Below, one piece after another: positions 17,813 through 26,619 of a stretch of DNA of 34,848 nucleotides (positions are counted from its first letter, which is position 1; each line of letters opens with the position of its first letter). The translations under genes and the position numbers were made by a program. The notes below the pieces were generated by a model, which did not search any database, had not been told where the DNA came from, and was given only the letters and a program-made list of their open reading frames with translations. Source of the DNA: Gemmatimonadota bacterium (GTDB lineage: Bacteria > Gemmatimonadota > Gemmatimonadetes > Palauibacterales > KS3-K002); NCBI GenBank assembly GCA_039588155.1, contig JBDHAI010000005.1, forward strand, positions 1 through 34,848, in the 5' to 3' direction.

Positions 17813-18796
17813 ATGAACCGTTTCACGTGGATAATCGTTCTCGTTCTCGCGGTGTGGTGCGCGGTGACGGCGGCGCCCTCGCGGGCCCAGCCGTCCGAGT
17901 CTCCGCCGGAAGGCGTTCAGCAGATACTGCCGCGGGGCGAGATTCCGGCCGTATTCGACCCGACGTTCGTTCCGGCCGCCGAGGCGAAGATACCCGACGA
18001 CGCCTGGGTGCTCGGTGTGATCCTGGATGGTGTAGCGAAGGCGTACAGCCTGAACCTGCTCAATCATCACGAGGTGGTGAACGACCGCTTCGGTGCGCGC
18101 GCGCTGGCGGCCGTCTGGTGACCCCTCGCCAATACGGCCGTCGTGTACGACCGCAGGATCGGAGATCATGAGTTGAGTTTCGAGCCGTCGGGCGCGCTCG
18201 AGATGGCCTCACTGGTGATGCGGGACCGCGAGACCGACAGCTGGTGGTCCATGATGCAATCGAGGGCGATCGGCGGGGAGCTGGCCGGAACGCACCTGCA
18301 GGAGCTGCCCGTCGGAGAGAAGGCCACGTGGGCGGCCTGGCGCGCGCGGTATCCGAACACGCTCGTTCTGTCGATCGACAGTCTCGAGCACGTCGACAGC
18401 AATCCCTACGACTCGTACTTCGCCGACGAGCGCACCTTCCGCGGGATCGAAGTGGAGGACGATCGGCTGGCGCCGAAGGCGCCCGTCTACGGCTTTCGAA
18501 TCGACGGCGGGCCGTTCGCGATCGCCCACGATCGCATCGAGGGCGGGCTCGTGGTCGAGGTCGATGGACTGCCCGGGAAGCGCCTGCTCTTCTACCGGCC
18601 TGCGGGCGCGTCGGTCTACCGGTCGACCGTGGCGGTCTCTCTTCCGGTAGACGCCGTCGTGGAGGGTGACCTCACGGACCTGGTCGCCCGCATCGGGGAG
18701 GGAACGTTGGACGGAGCCGAGCGGCTCGACGGGTTCGACACCTTCTGGTACACGTGGGTCCTGGCGAACCCATCGACCCGTCTGCTCTCCCCGTGA
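17813..18796 (+). CDS. DUF3179 domain protein with an in-frame TGA (18119-18121) at the first Cys of the CPLC motif; candidate selenoprotein
   Basis: ORFs 17813..18121 and 18143..18796 share one frame and are separated only by the TGA. The joined sequence reads ...VLGVILDGVAKAYSLNLLNHHEVVNDRFGARALAAVW-[TGA]-PLANTAVVYDRRIGDHELSFEPSGALEMASLVMRDRETDSWW. This matches the DUF3179 pattern (...AYP...HE.VND..GG.P.AVTYCPLC.T..VYDR...L.F..SG.L....LVM.D..T.S.W). Signal peptide at the N-terminus. Confidence 0.6.
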
Positions 18797-18804
18797 GCGA
18801 CGAT

Positions 18805-18823
18805 CCGCCGGCGCCGGCAGCGG
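18805..18823. terminator. Possible bidirectional hairpin/palindrome between convergent genes
   Basis: CCGCCGGCGCCGGCAGCGG contains the perfect 12-bp palindrome GCCGGCGCCGGC, located between the stops at 18796 (+) and 18848 (-). No U-tract. Confidence 0.25.
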
Positions 18824-18847
18824 TGATCAAGGCGCGGCGGCGCCCAC

Positions 18848-19489
18848 TCACTCGTCGTACAGGGCCTTGATCGCTCCCCAGGTGCTCGACTCGACCGGAA
18901 CCGGCGCCTGGCCGAAGCCGATACACATCGCCTCCCAACCGGCAAATGCGCCTGGATCTCCCGTGTCGCACCGGAAATAGGTCGGCGGCCCTGCGACGGT
19001 CCCGGCGATTGTCGGGCATGCCGTCTGGAAGCACACCGAAGCAGTGATCGGTGTCACCGCGAATACCTCTGTCATTGACAAAACCATCAGATCGCCCTGG
19101 GCCACGGGGCAGCTCGCCGGATCTGAACGCCGGAATTGGTCGCAGCCGTCGATGACGATGAGGGCATCGTAGCCCGCGGGCGGCAGGCCGGTTGTACCCA
19201 GGATGGTCAGCCCCGGCGGCAACGCGGCCGTGAGCAGCTCCGGAGCGTCGAACTGGGCGACGCCACCCTCCGGCACCCGGGCGACGACGTACAACGGAGT
19301 CACACCCACCCCGATGTTGGCGCACGTCTCCGTGCCCAGGACGTCGAAGAAGAGTCCGATTTCACCCTCGGCAAGGGGGCTTGTCGAAGGTGGTGGGGGG
19401 CACTGGGCGACGACAACGGCGGGAAGGCCCACAGCGACAAAGACCGCCAAGAAAGCGACAGGGAAGGCTCCCCTCGTCAGCCTGCTCAT
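18848..19489 (-). CDS. Secreted Cys-rich hypothetical protein with C-terminal TWGAIKALY motif
   Basis: 213 aa with a signal peptide ending VVVAQ and 9 Cys in the mature part. It ends ...VPVESSTWGAIKALYDE. No family recognised. Confidence 0.6.
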   Translation of the reverse strand: MSRLTRGAFPVAFLAVFVAVGLPAVVVAQCPPPPSTSPLAEGEIGLFFDVLGTETCANIGVGVTPLYVVARVPEGGVAQFDAPELLTAALPPGLTILGTTGLPPAGYDALIVIDGCDQFRRSDPASCPVAQGDLMVLSMTEVFAVTPITASVCFQTACPTIAGTVAGPPTYFRCDTGDPGAFAGWEAMCIGFGQAPVPVESSTWGAIKALYDE

Positions 19490-19555
19490 GACTCACCTCC
19501 TGTGGATGACGAGATTCTAGCACATCGTTGCAGACTCAGCAATGAGAAGCACGTG

Positions 19556-22264
19556 CTAGCGGTTTCCCATCTTGCGCGTCCAGTCGGTGATGACGGTAAC
19601 GGGCGAGGCGAGGTCCTTCTCGAGCGGAACCGTGACGAGGAAACGATCGCCGTCGGGGGCGACGTCGTAGCACCAGAACCCACCGGCTCCGTGAAACTGG
19701 AAGAGCTTGCGCGCGGCACCCGTTTGGAAACCCATGGTGGTCTCCTCGACGTCGACCGACACGAGGTAGTTTTGCGGATCCATGTAGAAGAGCTCGCGGC
19801 CGTTTCGGTTCCACCGTGGTTGCGTGCCGCCCCCCTGCGACACCTGCCAGCGGCCTCCGGGTTGCGGGAAAGCGGCGACGAGGACCTCGGTTCGCCCGGT
19901 TTCGTCGGACGCGTAGGCGACCATTGTCCCGTCCGGTGAGAACTGGGCCAGGAATTCGAACGCCTCCGTGGCGGCAAACGGCTGCGGATCGGCCTCCCCG
20001 GACAGCGACACCGCGTAGATGTCGCTCGCCTGCGCCGTCGTCTCGGGAACATACAGAAGCCGGTTGCCCCAGGATGACACCGGCCACATGAAGCCCGCGC
20101 CCGCGACGATCCGGTGCGATCGGGTTCCGTCGATGGCAATGGCGTCGATGCCGCCCTCGCCGTAGGCGTTGGTCGTCACGGCGACCGTCTTTCCATCCGG
20201 CAGCCACTGCACTCCCGGGTGGTCGTAGGTGTCGACGGTGAGCTTGCGGCGGCGGCCGCTTTGGAGTTCGACGAGCCAGGCGTCCGACACGCCGCGGTCC
20301 TGGTTTGCGATGGGAAGAGCGGCGCTGCGCCCGTCCGGCGAAATCTGCGGCGTCCCCCCGTACGTGTAGTCCGCCGGCGCCCCGACATCGCCGACCGGCC
20401 GGCCCGCGCGATCGAGCCACCGCAGCTGCGTACGCGTCAGGTTGTTGCCCGTCATGCAGACGAGCACGCCGTTGGTGGAGGCGGCGAACACGCCGCGGCT
20501 GAATCGCTCGTCCATGCGCGCGTCGTCCACCAGCGGTACCGCGGGTCCGGTGACCGTGAGCGAGCCGGGGTCGAAGCGCTGCGCGACGAGCACCGTTCCC
20601 CGCACGTAGATGAGATGGCCGGACGCGTAGACGACGTTGGAGGCCACATCCAGGACCTTCTTGCGCTGGTTCGACCCGAGCTCGCCAGCGTACACGACCG
20701 GACTATCGCCGGATCCCGCGCCGGCGCGGCGTGCGAGGTAGATGAAATGGCGGCCGTCGGGGAGGAAGTGCGGGTAGCGGTGCGTCGCCTCGGACAGTGA
20801 GGTGTCGAGTGCCGTAATGGCGGTGACCGGACCGCCATCGGCGGCGACTCTGGACACCGGCCCGTACGAGGACCGCGTGAACAGGATGATCCCGTCGCGG
20901 TTCCAGGTCCCGCCACGTGGATCGACGCCTTCCACCAGCGTGATCACCGGACCGCCGGCGGTGTCGATGCGCTCGAGTCTACCGTGCGCAAAGAAGCCGA
21001 TCGATCGGCCGTCGGGGGAGAAGAAGGGGCCCTCCGCTCCTTCCGTGCCGGCGAGCGGCCGCGCGTCATCCGAACCGAGCGAGCGCACCCAGAGAAGATC
21101 GGGACCCTCGCCGTCGCGCGCGCAGAACGCCACCATCGAACCATCCGGCGAGATCGCAAGCGGGAGGGGTTTGTCCGTGCTGGACGAGAACAGCACGCCC
21201 GCGGGCGGTTGAAGGAGGGCGTGAACCGGCGGCGCCCCGGGTACGGGACGCATTGCGAATATCCCCGCCGCTACAGCAGCGACGATCGCCACTGTCGCCA
21301 CGATCCACGCCATCCGTTCGCGGCTCCGGCGCCGCTTCGCCACCGGCTTCGGCACGCCTGCCTGCGAGCCGCCGTCGGCGATCCATGAGAGCTGCAGCTT
21401 GACGTCGTGCGCGCTCTGCAGCCTGTCCGCCGGGTCTTTGGCGAGGCACGCACGCACGACGCGATCCAACGCCGGCGGCGCCATCGGCGCCAGCTGCGGA
21501 ATCGGCTTGGGCTCGCTTCCCATGATGGACGTGATCAGCGACGCCTGACTATTGCCGTCGAACGCGCGCGTTCCCGTCGCCATCTCGTAGAGCACGCACC
21601 CCAGCGCCCACAGGTCGCTGCGCTCGTCCGCTTCCTTCCCCTCGAGCTGCTCGGGTGACATGTACTGGAACGTGCCCACGATGGTCCCCTCGGCCGTGAG
21701 CGGTTCGGCGACGGTCGGCGACTGCGTCAGCGCTTCGATGGACGCGCCGCCGCCCGGCCCGCCCGCGAGCCCGGTCGTGCGCGCGAGGCCGAAGTCCATC
21801 AGTTTCGCCCCACTCCTGGTGAGCATCACGTTGCCGGGTTTGAGATCGCGGTGCACGATGCCCGCACGGTGGGCCTTGTCGAGCGCGTCCGCGACCTCCG
21901 ATCCGATGCGCAATGCGTCCGGGACCGGCAACGGACCGCCGGTCAGGCGCGTCGCCAGCGTCTCGCCCTCGATCAGCTCCATCACGAGATAGTCGATGTC
22001 TCCCTCGCGGCCCACGTCGTAGAGCGTGCAGATGTGCGGGTGGTTGAGGCCGGAGACCGTCTTGGCCTCGCGCTCGAAGCGCGCGCGCACCTCGGCACTG
22101 GCCGAAAGATGCTGCGGGAGCACCTTGACGGCGACCTCGCGGCCCAGCCGCGTATCGCGGGCACGGTAGACCTCGCCCATGCCCCCCGCGCCGAGCGGCG
22201 CGAGGATCTCGTAGGGTCCAAGTTTGGTATCAGGCGTGAGGTTCATGGGGACAGATCCTACCAT
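19556..22264 (-). CDS. Ser/Thr protein kinase fused through one TM helix to a TolB-like WD40 beta-propeller domain
   Basis: Hanks kinase motifs: GAGGMGEVY...VAVKVL, HRDLKPGNVML, DFGLA, SPEQL. TM helix MAWIVATVAIVAAVAAGIFAM, then repeated FSPDG/ISPDG propeller motifs. Start placed at the ATG at 22264; the ATG at 22246 is equally possible. Confidence 0.85.
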   Translation of the reverse strand: MVGSVPMNLTPDTKLGPYEILAPLGAGGMGEVYRARDTRLGREVAVKVLPQHLSASAEVRARFEREAKTVSGLNHPHICTLYDVGREGDIDYLVMELIEGETLATRLTGGPLPVPDALRIGSEVADALDKAHRAGIVHRDLKPGNVMLTRSGAKLMDFGLARTTGLAGGPGGGASIEALTQSPTVAEPLTAEGTIVGTFQYMSPEQLEGKEADERSDLWALGCVLYEMATGTRAFDGNSQASLITSIMGSEPKPIPQLAPMAPPALDRVVRACLAKDPADRLQSAHDVKLQLSWIADGGSQAGVPKPVAKRRRSRERMAWIVATVAIVAAVAAGIFAMRPVPGAPPVHALLQPPAGVLFSSSTDKPLPLAISPDGSMVAFCARDGEGPDLLWVRSLGSDDARPLAGTEGAEGPFFSPDGRSIGFFAHGRLERIDTAGGPVITLVEGVDPRGGTWNRDGIILFTRSSYGPVSRVAADGGPVTAITALDTSLSEATHRYPHFLPDGRHFIYLARRAGAGSGDSPVVYAGELGSNQRKKVLDVASNVVYASGHLIYVRGTVLVAQRFDPGSLTVTGPAVPLVDDARMDERFSRGVFAASTNGVLVCMTGNNLTRTQLRWLDRAGRPVGDVGAPADYTYGGTPQISPDGRSAALPIANQDRGVSDAWLVELQSGRRRKLTVDTYDHPGVQWLPDGKTVAVTTNAYGEGGIDAIAIDGTRSHRIVAGAGFMWPVSSWGNRLLYVPETTAQASDIYAVSLSGEADPQPFAATEAFEFLAQFSPDGTMVAYASDETGRTEVLVAAFPQPGGRWQVSQGGGTQPRWNRNGRELFYMDPQNYLVSVDVEETTMGFQTGAARKLFQFHGAGGFWCYDVAPDGDRFLVTVPLEKDLASPVTVITDWTRKMGNR

Positions 22265-22362
22265 GATTCGTTCGTCGGCTGGAATCCACAACCTCCGTCT
22301 GCTAGAGTGAGCGGGTGGTGTCAGGCGACTCGGCGATCCGGTTCTCGAGGACAAAGTCGCTG

Positions 22363-24366
22363 ATGAACGTGCAGACTCGAATGCAGCGCTGGGCGGGTCC
22401 CGTTGTCCTCGTGTCGCTGGCGGGTGTGCTCCGCTTCTACGGCATCGGGTGGGGGCTACCGCAGGTGTACGAGGAGGCGCAGCCGTTCCGGCTCGCGTGG
22501 AGCATGTGGGGGTGGGGGGACGCGAGCGTCTTCGATCCGAATCCGCACTTCTTCAACTATCCCAGCCTCTATATCTACGTTCAGTTTGCGGGACAGGGTC
22601 TTGCCTTTCTCGGCATGAAGGTGGCGGGCATGATCGATTCGGTGCTGGACTACCGGGTCCAATACGCGCTCGACCCGACGCCGTTCTATATGATGGGCCG
22701 CGCGATTACGGCCCTCTTCGGCATCGCGACTGTCTATGTGACCTACCGTCTCGGGCGTCGCACCCAGGGGCAGGCGCTGGGAATCGGGGCCGCTCTGCTG
22801 GTGGCCGTCAACACGTTTCACGTCTCGAAGTCGCAGGTCATCGAGGTGGACGTGCCCCTGACCTTCTTCGCGATCCTGACCCTCTTACTCGCTGTGCGCC
22901 TCTTGGAAGCGCCGACGCGCAGGAACTACCTCCTAACCGGGGTGGCCATGGGGCTCGCCATCTCGACCAAATACACGGCCGCACTCCTGCTGCTCCCACT
23001 GGTGACCGCCCATCTCTTCGCGCGTCGGGGAAGCGGCGGAAAGCCGCCGTGGGCCCGCCTGGGTCTGGCGGTCGTGGTGGGTCTCGCCGCGTTCGCCGTG
23101 ACATCACCCTTCGTGCTTCTGGACGCGAAGACCTTCGCCCAGCATATGCGGCTCGAGAGCCAGCACATGCGCCTGGGCCACTTCGGGTCCGACACATACT
23201 CCAGCGCGTCGTTCTACATCCGCGCGTTGCCCGAGATGATCCTCGGTCTACCGCTCACGCTCTTCGGGTTGTTCGGGCTCGCGTTCCTGGCGGGCGTCCG
23301 GCGATACGCCTGGGCGATCGTCCTGGCCGCGTTTCTCGTCCCATACATTCTGGTGGTGGCGTCGTGGTCGATGAAGGCGTATCGCTATCTCCTGCCTGCC
23401 CTCCCCGTCGTGATGCTCCTGACCATGGGGTCTCTCGTCGAGGGCCTTCGTCATCGGCGATGGACGCTCGCGCCGGGCGCGGCCAGGGTGGGCGCGCTCG
23501 TCCTGGCCGGCCTGTTGCTCGCCGCGCCGTCGCTGGCCCGTTTCCCGCTGCACCTGGAGCGCATCCAGCCGGATACGCGGACATTGGCGAAGCGCTGGAT
23601 CGAAGCAAACGTCCCTCCCGGGTCGTTCATCCTGCAGGAGCATTACGGGGCCGAGCTATTCGGCCCTCTGGCGTCGCAGAGGCTGGACGAAGACGTGAGA
23701 AGAGAAGTTTTCGAGCGAGATGCGATGCCGTTCTATGCGGTTCAGATGCTCCCGCTGATGCAGGTGAAACCCAACCGCTCGGCGGCCTTCTACAGTCTAT
23801 CTCTCTATGAAGACGTCGACGTGGTGATCACGAGCGGCATCGTGCGCGGCCGCTACGTCCACGAGGCGGAGCGTTTCCAGAGCCAGGTTGCGTTCTACGC
23901 GGACCTCGAGAGACACTTTGAAAAAGCGCTGGAGTTGGAAATTACTCGCAACAGCGGGCCGGCCATTACGATCTACGTCAACAAGCGCCATGTGGCTCCC
24001 TTCGGCGACCGCGGGGTCGTGGCGGGCCCTCGAGCCGTCGCCGCTCCTCCCGATGGAGAGCGGAAGATATCGAGGGCGGAGGAGATCTTCTACGACAACC
24101 TCGGGCTCAACTACGAGACCTTCGGCTACCACGAGGCGGCCCTGGCGTCCTATGAGCTGGCGTTTCGCTACCCGATCACCATGCCGCCGATGTACGCGTC
24201 TCTGGTCATGGGAAGGGTGCGATGCCTCCTCGCGCTGGGGCGGCCCGCGGAGGCAGTCAGGGTGGTGGAGGTGGGCGCCGCGGCCACTCCCAGCGCCGAG
24301 GACCGCGAGCGGTTCCTGCGCGTGAAGCAGGCGATCCTCTCCGGCGCGACGCGGCCCGATCCGTAG
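22363..24366 (+). CDS. GT39/GT83-like (ArnT/PMT family) membrane glycosyltransferase with C-terminal TPR-like region
   Basis: More than 10 predicted TM helices. The N-terminus LRFYGIGWGLPQVYEEAQPF...NPHFFNYPSLYIYV is typical of dolichyl/undecaprenyl-phosphate-sugar-dependent transferases. The soluble C-terminus contains TPR-like FYDNLGLNYETFGYHEAALASYELAF. Start uncertain: GTG 22315, ATG 22363 or ATG 22381. Confidence 0.65.
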   Translation: MNVQTRMQRWAGPVVLVSLAGVLRFYGIGWGLPQVYEEAQPFRLAWSMWGWGDASVFDPNPHFFNYPSLYIYVQFAGQGLAFLGMKVAGMIDSVLDYRVQYALDPTPFYMMGRAITALFGIATVYVTYRLGRRTQGQALGIGAALLVAVNTFHVSKSQVIEVDVPLTFFAILTLLLAVRLLEAPTRRNYLLTGVAMGLAISTKYTAALLLLPLVTAHLFARRGSGGKPPWARLGLAVVVGLAAFAVTSPFVLLDAKTFAQHMRLESQHMRLGHFGSDTYSSASFYIRALPEMILGLPLTLFGLFGLAFLAGVRRYAWAIVLAAFLVPYILVVASWSMKAYRYLLPALPVVMLLTMGSLVEGLRHRRWTLAPGAARVGALVLAGLLLAAPSLARFPLHLERIQPDTRTLAKRWIEANVPPGSFILQEHYGAELFGPLASQRLDEDVRREVFERDAMPFYAVQMLPLMQVKPNRSAAFYSLSLYEDVDVVITSGIVRGRYVHEAERFQSQVAFYADLERHFEKALELEITRNSGPAITIYVNKRHVAPFGDRGVVAGPRAVAAPPDGERKISRAEEIFYDNLGLNYETFGYHEAALASYELAFRYPITMPPMYASLVMGRVRCLLALGRPAEAVRVVEVGAAATPSAEDRERFLRVKQAILSGATRPDP

Positions 24367-24470
24367 GCGCGGGGTTTGGCGGATGATGCCTGGTATCGTT
24401 TGCGCGCCGGGCGCACCGGGGCGTAAGATCATCATGTACAGCAGCGGGGAAACCCAGAGAGGAGGAGACC

Positions 24471-24824
24471 GTGGCCAGGATCGCGGTGCTCTACTGTAAG
24501 CGAATAAAGGACCACTCCTGCGTTGCCTGCGCGAAGTGCTACAAGGGAATGGCGGAGAAGAATGGGGAGTTTGCCCAGCACGATGAGGTCGAGCTGGTGG
24601 CGATGACGGACTGTGGCGATTGCCCGGGTCTCGCGGTGCCGAGAGTCAAACAATTGAGCGAGGTGACGGAGAGTCTCGGGAGGCCGATCGAGACGGTCCA
24701 TTTGGGCACGTGCGTGAAGCGCGCCATGGAAACGGCCGCTTGCCCCATCGACTTCGACGATCTCAAGATCACGTTGGAGAGAGAGTTCGGGCTGAACGTG
24801 GTGCTGGGAACGCACGCGTACTGA
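24471..24824 (+). CDS. CGGC-domain protein
   Basis: 117 aa with a GTG start after GGAGGAG. MARIAVLYCKRIKDHSCVACAKCYKG...MTDCGDCPG...HLGTCV follows the CGGC-domain Cys pattern, with the variant CGDCPG. Confidence 0.7.
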   Translation: MARIAVLYCKRIKDHSCVACAKCYKGMAEKNGEFAQHDEVELVAMTDCGDCPGLAVPRVKQLSEVTESLGRPIETVHLGTCVKRAMETAACPIDFDDLKITLEREFGLNVVLGTHAY

Positions 24825-24988
24825 CGCCGCACCGACACGCGCGACACCCGCGCTGCGGCCTGATACAAATGCATCATTTTGCGTGCGCGGGTGTTGCCGC
24901 ATCATCCTGTCAAAGCTGGCATTGCGCGGACGCGCGGCTCGCGCCATTTTCGCGGGGGCGCGGCTTGGGTTGACCGGGCGCCCGGCGA

Positions 24989-25012
24989 GTGTTTCATTTA
25001 TGGAAATGAGTG
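24989..25012 (+). promoter_or_regulatory. GTTTCAT-containing palindrome upstream of the sigma-54 activator gene (possible autoregulatory site)
   Basis: gtGTTTCATTTATGGAAATGAgtg holds the perfect inverted repeat TCATTT-atgg-AAATGA (24994-25009). It shares the GTTTCAT half-site with the two UAS elements at 26481 and 31695. Confidence 0.4.
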
Positions 25013-25055
25013 TTACGCGGATGGAACAGACAGACGAACATCCAAAGAGGGAATC

Positions 25056-26414
25056 ATGTCACCAAACCACGGAACCCAGTTCTTCGAGACGGTGCTCCGC
25101 TGTATTGCCGATGGCGTGTTCACCGTGGATCGGGATTTTCGAGTCACGTCGTTCAACCGGGCGGCCGAGCGGATCACGGGCATGCCGGTCGAGGAGGCCG
25201 TCGGAAAGAGGTGCTCGGACGTATTCCACGCCGACCTGTGCGAGCACGGGTGCACGATCCGAAAGGCCATGGAGACGGGGCGGGAGATCATCGACCATCC
25301 CGCGAGGATTCTGGATGTCAGGGGACGGGCCGTCCCGATAAGCGTCAGTACCGCGCTGCTGCGCGAAGAGGACGGCACTTTGTTGGGAGCGGTGCAGACG
25401 TTCCGAGACCTGTCGGCACTGGAACAGCTGCGGCGGGAGATCCAGAACCAGTACACGTTCGAGGACATCATTGGCAAGAGCGAGGCGTTCCAGAAGATCT
25501 TCGCCATCCTTCCAGACGTCGCCGAGAGCGAGAGCACCGTGCTCATCGAGGGACCGAGCGGATCGGGCAAGGAGCTCCTGGCCAGGGCCATTCACAATCT
25601 GAGCCACCGGCGTAAGAAGCCCTACGTGGTGGTGAACTGCGGGACCCTCCCTCCGAACCTCTTCGAGTCCGAGCTGTTCGGGTACAAACCGGGCGCTTTC
25701 ACGGACGCGAAGAAGGACAAGCCGGGACGCATCGCCCTCGCAGAGGGCGGGACCATCTTCTTCGACGAGATCGGCGATCTCCCGCTGGAAACGCAGGCGA
25801 AGCTCCTGCGGGTGCTCCAGGAGCGGGAGTACGAACCGCTCGGCGGCGTGCACACGCGGCGGGCCGACGTCCGGGTCGTGGCCGCCACGAATAGGAGCCT
25901 CACCGATCTCGTATCCAGGGGCGAATTCCGCGACGACCTGTACTTCCGTCTGGCCGTCGTCCGTCTGACCATCCCCCCGCTGCGCGAACGGCGCGGGGAT
26001 ATTCCCTACCTGGTGGAACATTTCATCCATCGCTTCAACGCGAGGCGTAACAAGAACATCGAAGGCGTCACTCCGCAGGTGCTGGAGATCCTCATGCGCC
26101 ACGAGTTCCCGGGAAACGTTCGCGAGTTGGAGAACGTGATCGAGTACGGATTCGTTCTGTGCCACGACCGACTCATCGAAGTGAGACACCTTCCCGAGGA
26201 CCTGCAACCGGAGGATCTGGCGCGCTCACCAAGGACACGACGGCGATCGGGCTCGGCGCTGCAGCGCGCCGAGGCGGATGCGATTCGGGAAACGCTCGCG
26301 GCCACCCACGGGCACGTTGGGCGCGCCGCCGAAGAGCTGGGCATCAGCCGAACCACGCTGTGGCGGAAGATGCACAAGTACGGCATCAGCGTCGGCGAGG
26401 AGAGGAGCCCGTAG
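25056..26414 (+). CDS. Sigma-54-dependent transcriptional activator (PAS - AAA+ - Fis-type HTH)
   Basis: ATG at 25056 follows AGAGGGA. The PAS domain (FFETVLRCIADGVFTVDRDFRVTSFNRAAERITG) carries a Cys cluster (KRCSDVFHADLCEHGC). AAA+ motifs: EGPSGSGKELLARAIH, ESELFGYKPGAFTDA (GAFTGA variant), RVVAATN. C-terminal HTH: AAEELGISRTTLWRKMHKYG. No receiver domain. Confidence 0.9.
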   Translation: MSPNHGTQFFETVLRCIADGVFTVDRDFRVTSFNRAAERITGMPVEEAVGKRCSDVFHADLCEHGCTIRKAMETGREIIDHPARILDVRGRAVPISVSTALLREEDGTLLGAVQTFRDLSALEQLRREIQNQYTFEDIIGKSEAFQKIFAILPDVAESESTVLIEGPSGSGKELLARAIHNLSHRRKKPYVVVNCGTLPPNLFESELFGYKPGAFTDAKKDKPGRIALAEGGTIFFDEIGDLPLETQAKLLRVLQEREYEPLGGVHTRRADVRVVAATNRSLTDLVSRGEFRDDLYFRLAVVRLTIPPLRERRGDIPYLVEHFIHRFNARRNKNIEGVTPQVLEILMRHEFPGNVRELENVIEYGFVLCHDRLIEVRHLPEDLQPEDLARSPRTRRRSGSALQRAEADAIRETLAATHGHVGRAAEELGISRTTLWRKMHKYGISVGEERSP

Positions 26415-26480
26415 GGAGGGTAGAAGAAAACTCGAGTTACACGCCCTTCTCATTCGCGCACCGTTTCAAAACTCGCGTCG

Positions 26481-26536
26481 CCGTTGTTTCACTTGCGAAA
26501 ACGTGAAACGGGCGGTGGTTTCATAGCCGCAACAGG
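26481..26536 (+). promoter_or_regulatory. Upstream activator sequence (UAS-A), paralogous to 31695..31749
   Basis: UAS-A: ccgttGTTTCACttgcgaaaacGTGAAACgggcggtgGTTTCATagccgcaacagg. UAS-B: ccgttGTTTCATgcgtgaaagcGTGAAACagcggtgGTTTCATgcgcgcaacaag. It contains the inverted repeat GTTTCAC-N10-GTGAAAC and lies about 130 nt upstream of the -24/-12 element. Confidence 0.65.
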
Positions 26537-26619
26537 TGCGCGCTTCCGCTGCGCGCGGCATCCCCCCTTACTCATTGTCTCCCAATGCATTGCGAGGCGT
26601 CAGCGCACGCTCTCCGGTT

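Noticed and set aside
18119-18121. Alternative explanation of the in-frame TGA: a genome-wide reassigned genetic code (TGA read as Trp or Gly)
   Set aside because: Several well-supported genes in the window terminate at TGA exactly where homology ends, often in ATGA overlaps (for example 9983-9985, 28705-28707, 29622-24). The high GC content is also unlike known TGA-recoding lineages. A plain pseudogene remains possible and is stated under the finding.
22449-23810. 453-aa plus-strand ORF overlapping the glycosyltransferase in another frame
   Set aside because: It is extremely Arg/Gly/Pro-rich with no hydrophobic helices. The 22363..24366 frame gives a coherent polytopic membrane protein.
24391-24404. 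Possible sigma-54 promoter TGGTATCGTTTGC upstream of the CGGC gene
   Set aside because: The GG-to-GC distance is 10 nt instead of the required 12, so the element is out of register, unlike the two promoters at 26620 and 31832.
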